From the NCBI RefSeq assembly GCF_006345805.1, contig NC_042997.1:143902001-143966000 (forward strand): a stretch of DNA of 64,000 nt, written 5' to 3'. The notes below the pieces were generated by a model. It was not told the DNA's origin. It searched no databases and saw only the letters and a program-made list of their open reading frames with translations. Shown piece after piece: positions 12,475 to 25,561 of the stretch; within the stretch, counting starts at the first letter, position 1; every line of letters begins with the position of its first letter. Made by a program: the position numbers and the translations under genes. The DNA is from Octopus sinensis. Its lineage: Eukaryota.

Positions 12475-12635
12475 GCAGGAGTGGCTGTGTGGTAAGTAGC
12501 TTGCTTACCAACCACATGGTTCCAGGTTCAGTCCCATTGCGTGGCACCTTGGGCAAGCGTCTTCTACTATAGCCTAGGGCCGACCAAAGCCTTGTGAGTG
12601 GATTTGGTAGACTGAAACTGAAAGAAGTAACGTCG

Positions 12636-12637
<2 letters not shown>
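12475..12637 (+). mobile_element. SINE family A 5' half
   Basis: Near-identical to 13444-13603. Confidence 0.9.
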
Positions 12638-12714
<77 letters not shown>

Positions 12715-12746
12715 ACACACGCATGCACACACATATATATATATAC

Positions 12747-12825
12747 ATTGACCGCTAAATCGACAAGTTTTTTTTATTCTCTCGCTTTTATTTCCTCGTG
12801 TTACTTTCTGTTGAAAAACGTAGGC
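12747..12825 (+). mobile_element. Truncated PLE pLTR-like repeat (5' half of hammerhead motif)
   Basis: Inverted copy of 13359-13439; ends in CTTTCTGTTGAAAAACGTAGGC. Confidence 0.8.
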
Positions 12826-13243
12826 ATTGAGTGTTATACAAATGCCAGAACTGGCCACCATTGCATTGTACCAAAGGTACCGTCCACTCCATCTAAATTC
12901 AGGACTAGGTATTGCAATAGTCTAGGGTTCAAAGGTTCACAGCTTTTCAATGCCCTGCCACAAAAATTAAGAAATATGCATAAGGCGGAAGTAGATGTCT
13001 TCAAAAAGGAACTAGACACCCTCCTCTCCGCAATACCAGATGAACCAACAGCCCGACAAGAGGTACAAATGAGGGCTGCGGAATAAAACTCAATTATACA
13101 TCAAATGTACCAACAGCTGGGTAAAAGGTACATACAAGAGTGGGGATGTGAAACATCCAGACTGCGGAAGTCGGAAAGACCATGGTGGTGTTCCAGCGTG
13201 ACCACAGCTGCATGGCTGAAACGACTAAAAGAGTAAAAAGAGT
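12826..13243 (+). mobile_element. CR1-group LINE 3' end
   Basis: RYCNSLGFKGSQLFNALPQKLRN..FKKELDTLLSAIPDEP; homologous to 30400-30720; (TAAAAGAG)n tail. Confidence 0.85.
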
Positions 13244-13251
13244 ATATATAT

Positions 13252-13439
13252 GTAGTTGAAATTTACAGAAAAAACAAAAAGCGAAGACACGTGTATAAAC
13301 AACAAGCAGGTGTATTAGTTTGACGCTCGGGAAGATGAGAAAGTTTTTTACGTTTCGAGCCTACGCTCTTCAACAGAAAGGAACACGAGGAAAATAAACG
13401 AGAGAATAAAAGAAAACTTGTGGGTTTAGCGGTCAATGT
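13252..13439 (-). mobile_element. PLE pLTR-like short repeat containing a minimal hammerhead motif
   Basis: Homologous to 55595-55770 and 12747-12825. Confidence 0.75.
13345..13380 (-). ncRNA. Minimal type I hammerhead-like motif, A6U variant
   Basis: CUUU-CUGUUGA-A-GAGC(GUAG)GCUC-GAA-ACGU-A-AAAA: perfect stem II and palindromic ACGU stem III, as in PLE minimal hammerheads. Confidence 0.65.
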
Positions 13440-13443
13440 ATAT

Positions 13444-13602
13444 GCAGGAGTGGCTGTGTGGTAAGTAGCTTGCTAACCAACCACATGATTCCGGGTTCAG
13501 TCCCACTGCGTGGCATCTTGGGCAAGTGTCTTCTGCTATAGCCCCGGGCCGACCAATGCCTTGTGAGTGGATTTGGTAGACGGAAACTGAAAGAAGCCTG
13601 TC

Positions 13603-13642
<40 letters not shown>

Positions 13643-13848
13643 TGTGTCTGTGTTTGTCCCCCTAGCATTGCTTGACAACCGATGCTGGTGTGTTTACGTC
13701 CCGTTACTTAGCGGTTCGGCAAAGAAGAGACCGATAGAATAAGCACTGGCTTACAAAGAATAAGTCCCGGGTCGATTTGCTCTTCTAAAGGCGGTGCTCC
13801 TGCATGGCCGCAGTCAAATGACTGAAACAAGTAAAGAGTAAAAAGAGT
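13444..13848 (+). mobile_element. SINE family A, complete copy
   Basis: tRNA-like head GTGGCTGTGTGGTAAG..GGTTCAGTCCC, internal (TA)n, tail GGCGGTGCTCC.GCATGGCCGCAGTCAAATGACTGAAACAAGTAAAGAG. Confidence 0.9.
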
Positions 13849-13854
13849 ATTATA

Positions 13855-13894
<40 letters not shown>

Positions 13895-13914
13895 TAATAT
13901 ATATATATATATAG

Positions 13915-14150
13915 GTATATGTTTGTGTGTCGGCGTTTGTCTCCCCACCATCGCTTGACAACCGATATATGTGTGTGTGTGTGTGTGTGTATGTTTGCGT
14001 GGCTGTGTTTGTCCTTGACAACCGATGTTGCTGTGTTTTCGTACCTGTAACTTAGCGGTTACAAACAATAAATCCTGGGGTCGATTTGTTCGACTAAAGG
14101 CGGTGCTCCAGCATGGCCGCAGTCAAATGACTGAAACAAATAAAAGAAAA
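13915..14150 (+). mobile_element. SINE family A 3' half with internal duplication
   Basis: CTTGACAACCGAT occurs twice, followed by the family tail. Confidence 0.8.
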
Positions 14151-14216
14151 CATAACAATTTTAAATACACATATATACACGCGCGCATGCGTACGCACAC
14201 ACATTTGTGGGGTGGG

Positions 14217-14343
14217 AAAATGAATAGAAATGGCTTTTCTGATAGATTTTCCACTTAACCAATTAAATGGCTATAAATTAAGTATTTATAAATCTAATTA
14301 TTAAAGTGGAAAAATTATCAGGAAAGCCATTTCTATTCATTTT
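14217..14343. repeat. Fold-back inverted repeat (MITE-like), about 127 bp
   Basis: AAAATGAATAGAAATGGCTTTTCTGATA..TTTTCCACTT pairs with AAGTGGAAAAATTATCAGGAAAGCCATTTCTATTCATTTT; pairing continues imperfectly to the centre. Confidence 0.9.
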
Positions 14344-14354
14344 TTTCAAATATA

Positions 14355-14921
14355 TTGGGGTTGTCCAGAAAGTTCGTGCCGATTTATTGCAGCTTACCTT
14401 TCGACTCATTTTCGAAGATGGTTGAGTCCATAAAATAGGATTTGGCTACACCTCCATTTAGAGCACAGTTTAAGCTATCTTTTCGTGGAAGAAGGTTTAT
14501 GTTCCTCTAACCTGTGTTAATTCTGTAACCCTTTGAAATGGAAGATAAGAAAGTTCATTTTCAGCACTTGATGCTTTGGGAACCAGAAAAAAATTGCTGC
14601 AGCTCGGCTGGGATGTGTTACCCCACCCTCCATATTCACCAGATATTGCTCCTTCGGATTTCAACTTATTCAGGTCTCTGCAGAATAGTCTTAATGTTAA
14701 GAATTTCAATTCCTTGGATGATGTAAAAAGATACCTTGATGAATTCTTTGCCATGAAACCACCTCAATTCTGGGAAGAGGGTATTTTCAAGTTAAAGGAC
14801 AGATGGAGACATATTGTGCAACAAAATGGTTCATATTTGGTTGATTAAAGATGTAATGGCAAGTATTTATTGACCATTTTGTTTCCTTTAAAAATCGGCA
14901 CGAACTTTCCGGATAACCCAA
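14355..14921 (+). mobile_element. Internally deleted mariner transposon
   Basis: TIRs TTGGGGTTGTCCAGAAAGTTCGTGCCGATTT and AAATCGGCACGAACTTTCCGGATAACCCAA, TA TSD; N-terminus MEDKKVHFQHLMLWE joined to the C-terminus LGWDVLPHPPYSPDIAPSDF. Confidence 0.95.
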
Positions 14922-14997
14922 TACATTACTATAAAAAGGACTTCGTATTTCTAACTAATGTGTGTGAGTATATTCTTTTATTCTTTCACCTGTTTCA

Positions 14998-15122
14998 TGA
15001 GGTCGACTTTGCCTTTCGTCCTTCCGCGGTCGATAACTTAAGTACCAGTTGCGTACTGGGGTCGACCTTATGGACTGGCCCCATCCCCCAAATTTTCGGG
15101 CCTTGTACCTTGAGTAGAAGAG
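14998..15122 (+). mobile_element. 5'-truncated SINE family B inserted in the tail of a family A SINE
   Basis: About 18-bp TSD ATTCTTT(C/T)AC(C/T)TGTTTCA at 14980-14997 and 15123-15140. Confidence 0.8.
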
Positions 15123-15324
15123 ATTCTTTTACTTGTTTCAGTCATTTGACTTGCTGTCATGCTGAACACTAACTTTAATCGAACAAATCAACCCGAGGAC
15201 ATATTCTTTGTAAGCCTAGCACCTAATCTATCGGTCTTTTTTGTCGAACCGCTAAGTACCGGAGATATAAACATGCCAGTATCGGTTGTCAAGCGTTGGT
15301 GTAGGGACAAACACAGACACACAA

Positions 15325-15415
<91 letters not shown>

Positions 15416-15578
15416 GACAAGCTTCTTTCAGTTTCTGTCTGCCAAATACCCTCACACGGCTCTGGTCGGCCCGGGGATATAGCAGAATACACTTGCTCAA
15501 GGTGCAACGCAGTAGGACTGAACCTGGAACCATGTGGTTGGAAGCAAGCTTCTTACCATACGGGCACGCCAGCGCCTA
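15123..15578 (-). mobile_element. SINE family A
   Basis: Full-length reverse-complement homology to 13444-13848. Confidence 0.85.
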
Positions 15579-15599
15579 TATATATGAATATATATATGT

Positions 15600-15790
15600 T
15601 TCGACCAAAGATTGGTCCAGGCCATGTCTAACTTAATAGCACCACCTGATAGGATTATCTGAATCCTGTTTAAGTCAAGTTTTGTTTATGGTCCATTCAA
15701 GTACTGAGTTTTTGTTGGGTGAGTTGTATCCAATGATGGGTGGCTTATCTGGTATTCCTTGAAGGAATCTATCCAGACTCCGTTTAAAGT
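15600..15790 (-). mobile_element. CR1-group LINE 3' end
   Basis: Minus strand reads FKRSLDRFLQGIPDKPPIIGYNSPNKNSVLEW, similar to the CR1 C-termini at about 13000 and 30520. Confidence 0.7.
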
Positions 15791-15842
15791 TACATGTATA
15801 TATATGTATATAAATATGAATGTACATATCTATATATAACTA

Positions 15843-15954
<112 letters not shown>

Positions 15955-16260
15955 AAAGTATCATTAAATACAGAAATCCTCATAAATTCATCAAATCAGA
16001 ATATAAATTGAACCATGTCATAGAATATTATAATGTTAATACTTACTATTTATGTTGAAAGTTGTCGACTATACGTGATTCATGAGGTTGTATACTATGT
16101 CCTTAAGACACCTAGTCTCTCACAAAACTTCCCCTTATATACAAAACCATTTCTGTTTCTAATGATATTTTGATATATATGTATTTATATATTGAGAATT
16201 ATTCAACTTATTATTCTTAATTTGAATATCATCCTTGTGACGTTGGAACTGATATTTCCT

Positions 16261-16277
16261 TATTATTATTATTATTA

Positions 16278-16360
<83 letters not shown>

Positions 16361-16406
16361 CCATCACCATCACCACCATCACCATCACCACCACCACCAT
16401 CATCAT

Positions 16407-16479
<73 letters not shown>
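16261..16479. repeat. Compound microsatellite (ATT)n(ATC)n(ACC/ATC)(ATC)n(ATT)n, copy 1
   Basis: Direct reading. Confidence 0.95.
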
Positions 16480-17261
<782 letters not shown>

Positions 17262-17328
17262 TTATATATATATATATATATATATAAAGAACTAAACTAT
17301 ATATATAAAAGTGTTTAGTTCACTGGTG

Positions 17329-17359
<31 letters not shown>

Positions 17360-17469
17360 TATATATATATATATATATATATGTATACCCGCTGTAACTT
17401 TATATGTATACGTATTCGCACACACTCACACAAATATATCTTTTGTGATACTCTTAGACACACATATTC

Positions 17470-17880
17470 AGAAGTGGCTGTGTGTTAAGTAGCTTGCTTA
17501 CAAACCACATGGTTTCGGATTCAGTCCCACTGTTGGTGCCTTGAGCAAGTGTCTTCTACTATAGCCTCGGGCTGACCAGAGCCTTGTGTGTGGATTTGGT
17601 AGATGGAAACTGAAAGAAGCCCGTTGTATATATGTATATGTGTATATATATATTTGTGTGAGTGTTTGTGTGTCTGTGTTTGTCCACCCCGCTCAAACAT
17701 CGCTTGACAACCGATGCTGGTGTGTTTTATTCCCCGTAACTTAGCGGTTCGGCAAAAGAGACCAATACAATAAGTACTAGACTTACAAACAATAAGTCCT
17801 GGGGTCGATTCCCTCGACTAAAGGCGGTGCTCCAGTATGGCTGCAGTCAGATGACTGAAACAAGTAAAAGAGTAATAGAG
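17470..17880 (+). mobile_element. SINE family A, complete
   Basis: Homology to 13444-13848. Confidence 0.9.
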
Positions 17881-17984
17881 TCTATGAGTGTACGTGTATT
17901 AGCATGTGCCTAATGCGTAAATACGTATATATTTATGTGTGTGGAAGCATGCATGTATGTATGTATGTTGTATGTATGTGTGTG

Positions 17985-18030
<46 letters not shown>

Positions 18031-18089
18031 TATATATATATAAATATCTATATATACATATATATATATGTATATATGTATATATATAT

Positions 18090-18173
<84 letters not shown>

Positions 18174-18233
18174 TATATATATATATAATATATATATATT
18201 ATATAGTATATATATATATATATGTATATATTC

Positions 18234-18271
<38 letters not shown>

Positions 18272-18717
18272 CTCTCACTCTCTCTCTCTCTATATATATA
18301 TATATTCACATTCATATAAATATATACATATATACATATACATAAATGTATGCGCTTGTATGCGTTTGTGTTAATAATGAGTAGAGGAGGGATATTGTTA
18401 TTTGAAGCTGGTGGTGTCGGGCATACTCACTCCTTAATCTATTTATGAATCACCCAGTTGGATAGGTCCACCTGGAAGCTATTCTTAGTATATTTGTTGT
18501 AGGACAACTTCAAGAGATTTCGAGTATAAAAAGACACGCGCGCACACGCAGTCACACACACACACATACACACTTACACATACACACACACTTTCCTCAT
18601 TCTTCCCTGTCCTCGATTTGACAAACATATACAAACATGCTCACTCACAAAAACACAAACATACACACATATAGTCACACACACACTCACACACAAATTG
18701 GTACATTCATACGCACT

Positions 18718-18771
<54 letters not shown>

Positions 18772-19061
18772 CATATACACACATTATTAGAGTCCTGATC
18801 CGTCATATCAAAACAACGACCAAACAAAAAAGACAAACAAAAATAAAATTCTTATTCAGTGTATTAAACAGTAAAATTGATGAGGATAGCTGGTTTCTAT
18901 ATATAAATACACAATGGTAGGGAAATGACGCATCTAGACGGCAACGTGGTTACTTTGTTGCAATTATCAGCTTTAAACATGAATGGAAAATAATTTCCTC
19001 AGCTTGTGTACATACATATAGATATGAATATAAATGCCCATATATGTGTGTGTGTGCGGAA

Positions 19062-19278
19062 GAGGGTGTGTTGAAAAATTTCCTGGCTTTGGATAAACGA
19101 AATATAAAGGAGAATTAGTTAATTGTTATTTTATTCAACATATCCCCACTCCCATATTCACACGCTTATTGCAGCGGTCCTTCAGTTTTTGAAGCCCTGT
19201 AAAAGAACTCGGGAGGTTGGGCCTCCAGCCAAGCCTTTCACGATACCATGAAAGCCAAGAACTTTTCAATACCCCTCG
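19062..19278 (+). mobile_element. Mariner-type MITE
   Basis: TIRs GAGGGTGTGTTGAAAAATTTCCTGGCTTT and AAAGCCAAGAACTTTTCAATACCCCTCG; second copy at 36351-36550. Confidence 0.8.
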
Positions 19279-19311
19279 CGTACGTATGTATGTGTGTGTT
19301 GTCTGGCAGAA

Positions 19312-19508
19312 ACGTTAGCACGCCGGACGAAATGCTTAGCGCTATTTCGTCTGTCTTTACGTTCTGAGTTCAAATTCCGCCAAGGTCGACTTTGCTTTTC
19401 ATCCTTTTGGGGTCGATAAATTAAGTACCAGTTGCGTACTGGGGTCGATCTAATTGACTGGGCCCCTCCCCCAAAACTTCTGGCTTTGTGCCTAGAGTAG
19501 AAAAGATT
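19312..19508 (+). mobile_element. SINE family B (tail type 1)
   Basis: CTGGCAGAAACGTTAGCAC..GAGTTCAAATTCC..GTCGACTTTGC.TTTCATCC..GTAGAAAAG. Confidence 0.9.
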
Positions 19509-19640
19509 TATATATATATAGATAGATATGTGTGTGTGTGTGTGCCAGTGTGCGCGCGTGTATGTGCGTGCGTATGTATGTGTGTGTGTTCGTGTGTGTG
19601 TGTGTGTGTGTGTGGTGTGTGTGCGTGTGTGTATTCATAT

Positions 19641-19870
19641 GTGGAGGCGCGTGGCTTAGTGGTTAGGGTGGTACACTGAGGATTGTAAGATTGTGATTTC
19701 GATTCGAGCACCTGGCGATGCGTTGACCTGCACAAATCACTAATCCCTGTTGCTCCAGTACACTCAATAGGTAAAAATGAGTTTTCCTGCGACAGAACGG
19801 CGTACTGTCCAGGTGAGCAATACATACATCCAGGAAATCGTCTTTATAAACCTATGGCTCGGGAAGAACG
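19641..19870 (+). mobile_element. SINE family C-related, diverged
   Basis: Head GTGGAGGCGCGTGGCTTAGTGGTTAGGGTG. Confidence 0.75.
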
Positions 19871-20184
19871 TTTGATCCTTTCACACACACACAATATGTA
19901 TATATGTGTGCGTTGTAATCTTGAGCGATATCAGAAAGGAGAAAGTTGATTCGAAAACTACAGATCCAATTCATCACTGGAACTATAAAAATCTGTAAAA
20001 CTTTCCAGAAGTTTATCATTTCAGTATACAGTAATCACTAACCGTATCGGGGTTCAACTATCGCGGTTTAATATTTAAACTTATGTCGATTCCTCCGTGG
20101 TATTATTTTGCCTTTATAACAAAATAAATATATATAAATTATAAAAATTAAAAATTACACAGCACATATGTAAATCTAGAGACT

Positions 20185-20264
<80 letters not shown>

Positions 20265-20455
20265 CATATATATACACACACATACATGCATACATACATT
20301 TATAATGTACACATACACACAAGTTATATCTTAAATTTTACGTGACAGTAACTTCGAAGTTTAATAAACATGCCCTCTACTAAACATATTCAGCAATCCT
20401 TCAGTTTAGTGCTCAATTGTTTTTATATTTAACATGATATAAAAACTAACTTTAA

Positions 20456-20486
<31 letters not shown>

Positions 20487-21453
20487 CACAGACACACACA
20501 TACATAAACACACACACGCACATACGCAAACACACACACAAAATCGTATATTTCAAATTTATAAGCAGCAAGGCCATGGCATACATAATGTTTCGTTATG
20601 TGCCGAGCTCCAATAAATATTCTACAATGGATTATCTCCCAAGAGAAAACCGTCTATTAACCATGTATACCACTCTACCAGTATCAGCGAGGAATAAAAT
20701 AGGGATGTACAACTTTGGTTCGAGGTCACAGATTATGGATGTGGAGCAAGATGTCAAAGAAAACAACTCCGCTACGTACTTTAAGCAACACTTTGTTTCA
20801 TCAACTCTGGAACGATGATCGACAAAGTCAATGCCAATGAAATGTTGAACTCAGAACATAAAGGGACATAATTCAATAAGTCAACATTTTCTTCGCTGTT
20901 TTGCCGATTCTGTTAACCTATCGAGAGACAAACTTTCGTTACTTCGATTGTTTAGCTACATAACAGTGCGGGATTGACTATAAAGTTCAAACTAATCTTA
21001 GTTTCGTTTATTTTTTTCTGTTCTTTCTTTTTCATCTATGAAATCAATTCAGGATTTCTTTTTTCTTTTTTTTTTTTCTTTTTTGTAGTTTTTCGCAGAC
21101 GACTGACTAAAACAACTTCGAAACACTCGGAAAAATATCGATATAACAACCGAACTGCTGCGATTCATGACAATTCGACATTTTTCCAGAACGTAAAGTA
21201 GAGCCGCATTCATTTATTTATTTCTTAAATATTCAAGAAGTACTTGCTGTTCTTTAAGGTATTAATAAGATATTGAGTGGAAAATGTCATATAGTCACGA
21301 TGTTGGTCAAATTTTGAAGTGGCGCTTGACTCATGAATACAAGAAATGTCCGTTTAATGTCTGTTTTTCTGTCTGTCTCTGTCACTCTTTCTGTCTGTTT
21401 GACTGCCTCCGACTGTGCGTGTGCATATATATATATATGTATATATATATATT

Positions 21454-21515
<62 letters not shown>

Positions 21516-21586
21516 ATATATATATATTATATACGTGTATATATTTATGTATATCTATATATAGACATAGACACATACATGCTCAG

Positions 21587-21632
<46 letters not shown>

Positions 21633-21643
21633 CGTGTATATAT

Positions 21644-21682
<39 letters not shown>

Positions 21683-21732
21683 GTGTATATATTTGTATAT
21701 CTATATATAGACATAGACACATACACGCTCAG

Positions 21733-21784
<52 letters not shown>

Positions 21785-21969
21785 GTAAAATGGAGCCAGA
21801 AAATGGCAGCACTTTGCAAGTTTCATTTATTCTTTTCACAATTGTTGTTTATATACGTATATGTATGCATGCATATAAGTGGGTGTATATTATTCCTATA
21901 TATATATATATGTGTATGTACCATATGTACATATGTTGGTGTATATACATATATAGATAGATACATATG

Positions 21970-22039
<70 letters not shown>

Positions 22040-22041
<2 letters not shown>

Positions 22042-22520
22042 CAAAGCAAACTAAGTTTAACCAGTTTGATGTATAGCTTGCTTAGTTGTATATTTAGAGT
22101 TGTTAATGTCGAGAACAAGTGTTTGCCGAGGAAGTATAGATCCCCTCTATTATCTCGGTGTTGTTGATATTGTTGCGCAGACCCAGTAAGACTAATCAAG
22201 AAAGCTTAAGTTTTCTAATATTCTGATATTAGTAACTTTAAATTGATTCCTGGTAACTTTATTCTTGTCCTTCTGTAATGTCATTTAAATGTACGTAAAG
22301 CAAATAACGAAATTTGTATAGAAATTGAAGCTGATAAGTTGTCAGAATTAGTACGACATTATTGTCTTGCCAAGTGTTTCCTGTGCTTCTGATGTTACAT
22401 CCTGGTCGAGTCCTCTTTGTACCATTTATTGGTACCATTCTTCTGTGTACCATCTAAGTAATAATGGTCAGTATGCAAGTGTTGAGTCAGTCTATACGCA
22501 AACATACGGTGTCATTAAAA
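22040..22520 (-). mobile_element. Possible degraded PLE fragment (RT C-terminus to GIY-YIG region)
   Basis: Minus-strand HTDHYYL (compare THTDQYL) and QH....GD...LGKH; weak. Confidence 0.3.
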
Positions 22521-23479
22521 TAAAAATTGTTCTGTGCCCAACAAAAAAGCCACACACACACACACACACACACACGTATGTATGTATGTATGTAAGTATG
22601 TATGTATGTATGTATGTATGTATGTATGTATGTATGTATGTATGTATGTATGTATGTATGTATGTATATACGAGGCAAGTTTGTCTTGCCTGAAGAAACG
22701 GCTGTACACTGCGGAAATGTCTGAGAAATAGGACACTGGAAGCATTTTAAACAAGCTTTTTCAGCCTAAATTTTATTAGCTGTTTCTCTACTGGAAGAGA
22801 TAACGACTGAATTATACATACACACATACATAAATACATATACACATGCATACATACATGTATACACATATATAAATACACACACGCACATGTACATAAA
22901 CATACATATATAAGTACATACGCACACAGTCACATGCATCTAGTTGTAAGAAATGCATGAACTACTTTTTGCAATGCACATTAAAACAGTGTTCGTGTTT
23001 TCAGTGGTTCTTCGGTTTCAGTAAGGAAAGGGATACTTCGTCGCCCTTTTAAGTTGTATCGCAAAAATATATTGCATATATGTAATATTAGTGTGCTACT
23101 TGACTTAAAACTTTCTTGTGTTCGGTTTTATAATCAAGCCCCGAAAGCCTACATCCAGTGCAAGTGCTGGATCTTCAAACAAAATAAAATGATCACGATT
23201 GAAGTTAAAATGGAACTAAAGAGACCGGATTAATGCGAAATGCCAGCGAGCCAAGGAAAAGCATTCACTTGCATTTGGTCAACGATCGGTACAATTTGAA
23301 AAGACAAAGTAAGAATAATGGTGTATGGACAAAGTAAATAATGGAGCATGGAAAAGTATCTGCTTTGCCTCGATGAAACAGCAATTATCCCTAAGCGAAA
23401 TTGTGGTTTAATTATTGAAATGGAAGCACAGTACTGCAAGTTGTCGCATGTGAGCGAGTACGGTTTGATAATGTGTACC

Positions 23480-23649
23480 ATACATTTGATGATTGCGATA
23501 AGAAAGGTTATCTAGTTCGTGTGCATTATTAAAGGAATAATACCTCAAAATCGGCAGCTCAGTTTTCGAATACATAAGGAAATACACACACATAGACACA
23601 CACACACACGCACACACAGATGCACAAACTCTGCTTTATATATATATAG
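23480..23649. mobile_element. Possible Helentron/DINE-1-like non-autonomous element end
   Basis: AAAATCGG..CAGTTTTCGAATACATAAGGAA-(CA)n-CTGCTTTATATA layout typical of such elements. Confidence 0.35.
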
Positions 23650-23702
23650 CAAATAAGTAACAAGGATGTCAAGGTATTAATCATCCTTGTTACTTATTTG
23701 CT
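23648..23702. repeat. Perfect 21-bp hairpin with 13-nt loop
   Basis: AGCAAATAAGTAACAAGGATG-tcaaggtattaat-CATCCTTGTTACTTATTTGCT. Confidence 0.95.
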
Positions 23703-23862
23703 TTTTATTCACCTTACTTTGAGCCATGCGGATAATACCGGACTGGCTTGGTGTGTCAACTTAAGTATCTTATTCAACTGAATCTAAATCAAAAGATATA
23801 GGATAAGTACTAGTCTTACAAAGAATATGTTCTGGGGTAGATTTGTTCGACTAAAGGTACAT

Positions 23863-23923
<61 letters not shown>

Positions 23924-23924
23924 A

Positions 23925-24120
23925 CAGTGATCCCTCGCCATATCGCGGTTTATTATTTAAGCTTACGTCGATACCTCTGTGGTGTTGTTTTGCATTTATA
24001 ATAAAATAAATATATGCAAATAAAGAAAGTATACAGTACAATATTGTTTCTACTTCGTGGATTTCCACCTATCGCAGTGGGGTTTGGAACGTAACACCCG
24101 CGATAGTCAAGGGATTACTG
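23925..24120 (+). mobile_element. Tigger/pogo-type MITE
   Basis: TA|CAGTGATCCCTCGCCATATCGCGG ... CCGCGATAGTCAAGGGATTACTG TIRs; related fragment at 20029-20070. Confidence 0.8.
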
Positions 24121-24337
24121 CATATGTGGACAGGTTACTAGTCAGAAACCGAGGACTGTGTGTATCACGTAAGGCTAGAGATGGAAACGATTACTTCTCT
24201 TCGCAGATACTAATCGGACACAGATAGTGTCGTTAGCCAGATGGAGTGGATGTCTTCCTGGGGCTATAAACAACAGTAGCATCGTCCCCTATGGGTCCTC
24301 CACATTTTGGCGGCAAATATACTTATATATATATAAG

Positions 24338-24379
<42 letters not shown>

Positions 24380-25496
24380 TATTATTTGTGTAATCCATGT
24401 GTATTTCCTATCAAATTTTAATCTAACCGTCTCTCATTTTAAAAAGTATTACCCACGCACAGTATATCCACATGTTTCTTCCTAACCTCTTTATTTTGTC
24501 CACTTTCTCTTTGCTCGCTCTCGTAGCCCATTGGTCATTTAGGTGAATTTATTTGCCAAAATTTTGAGCATGACGTTACACATTCCATGTTCGGTTTAAC
24601 CAATTTTTAAAATAGTGTGTGCTATGTTTTCCTCTATTCGTCTCTCAACAGTCTGTAACCAACGACCCTCTTTCATGTTTGTTAACTTATTTTTAAGGAG
24701 AGAAAGCAATTCTCCGTTTTGTTCATGTTATCTAGCAATTTGCATCAGTTTTTTCTATATTCTTTACAAAATATTATTACAGTCTGACATTTTGCCGTAT
24801 TTTTAAGTATAAATCTAACACGTCTATTATTTTCCTTTCTAACCTTTCTTTCGTTTGTGTGTGATGTATTCTGTCCAGTTCATTAATTTCTAAGTATCTG
24901 TGAGTCTTTTGATCTAATCCTCTTATCTCTAATTTCTTTATCTAATATGATATTTGGGGGAAAGTGTGATAAAGTATGTTTTATTATCATTGGAAATATC
25001 CTATTTCCCATTTTGTAACGATTCGTTTATTCATAGTTTTCTCGTCTGAGTTATTGGTGAGAGGTAACTAGCTATAGTCGAGGTAGCATTGATCACGTAG
25101 CCCTTACGACCTAGGATGGGGACGTGTAAACATTAATGGGGAATTTGTAAAAAAGGACAAAGAGATGAAAGAAATGAAAGAAATGAACACTATAGAATAG
25201 GCAGATACAGCAAACATTTAAACTTTTAACAAATTGACCAGGGCAGGGCATATGGGAATGTAAGTGTACGTGCGTATATGTGTGCGTGCGTGCGTGTGTG
25301 TGTGTGTGTGGTGTGTGTGGTGTGCGCGCGTGTGTGAGATCGTGTGTGTATGTGTGTGATGTTCTTAAGACTGGCGACACTATGTGGTACCGGTAGTGTT
25401 CGTTCTCTACCCCTCTGTACACATAGCGCAGTAGAATACAATGTTTGTAACTATAGATAATAGAGGTGACGTCATTCTCTATCACGTCATCACCTT

Positions 25497-25561
<65 letters not shown>

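Noticed and set aside
21530-21780. About 148-bp tandem duplication within (TA)n
   Set aside because: Readily explained by microsatellite-mediated slippage or long-read assembly error.
25466-25495. Paired CRE-like motifs GTGACGTCA and TCACGTCA (also ATGACGTCAT at about 496)
   Set aside because: Short motifs with no other promoter evidence, so chance occurrence is plausible.
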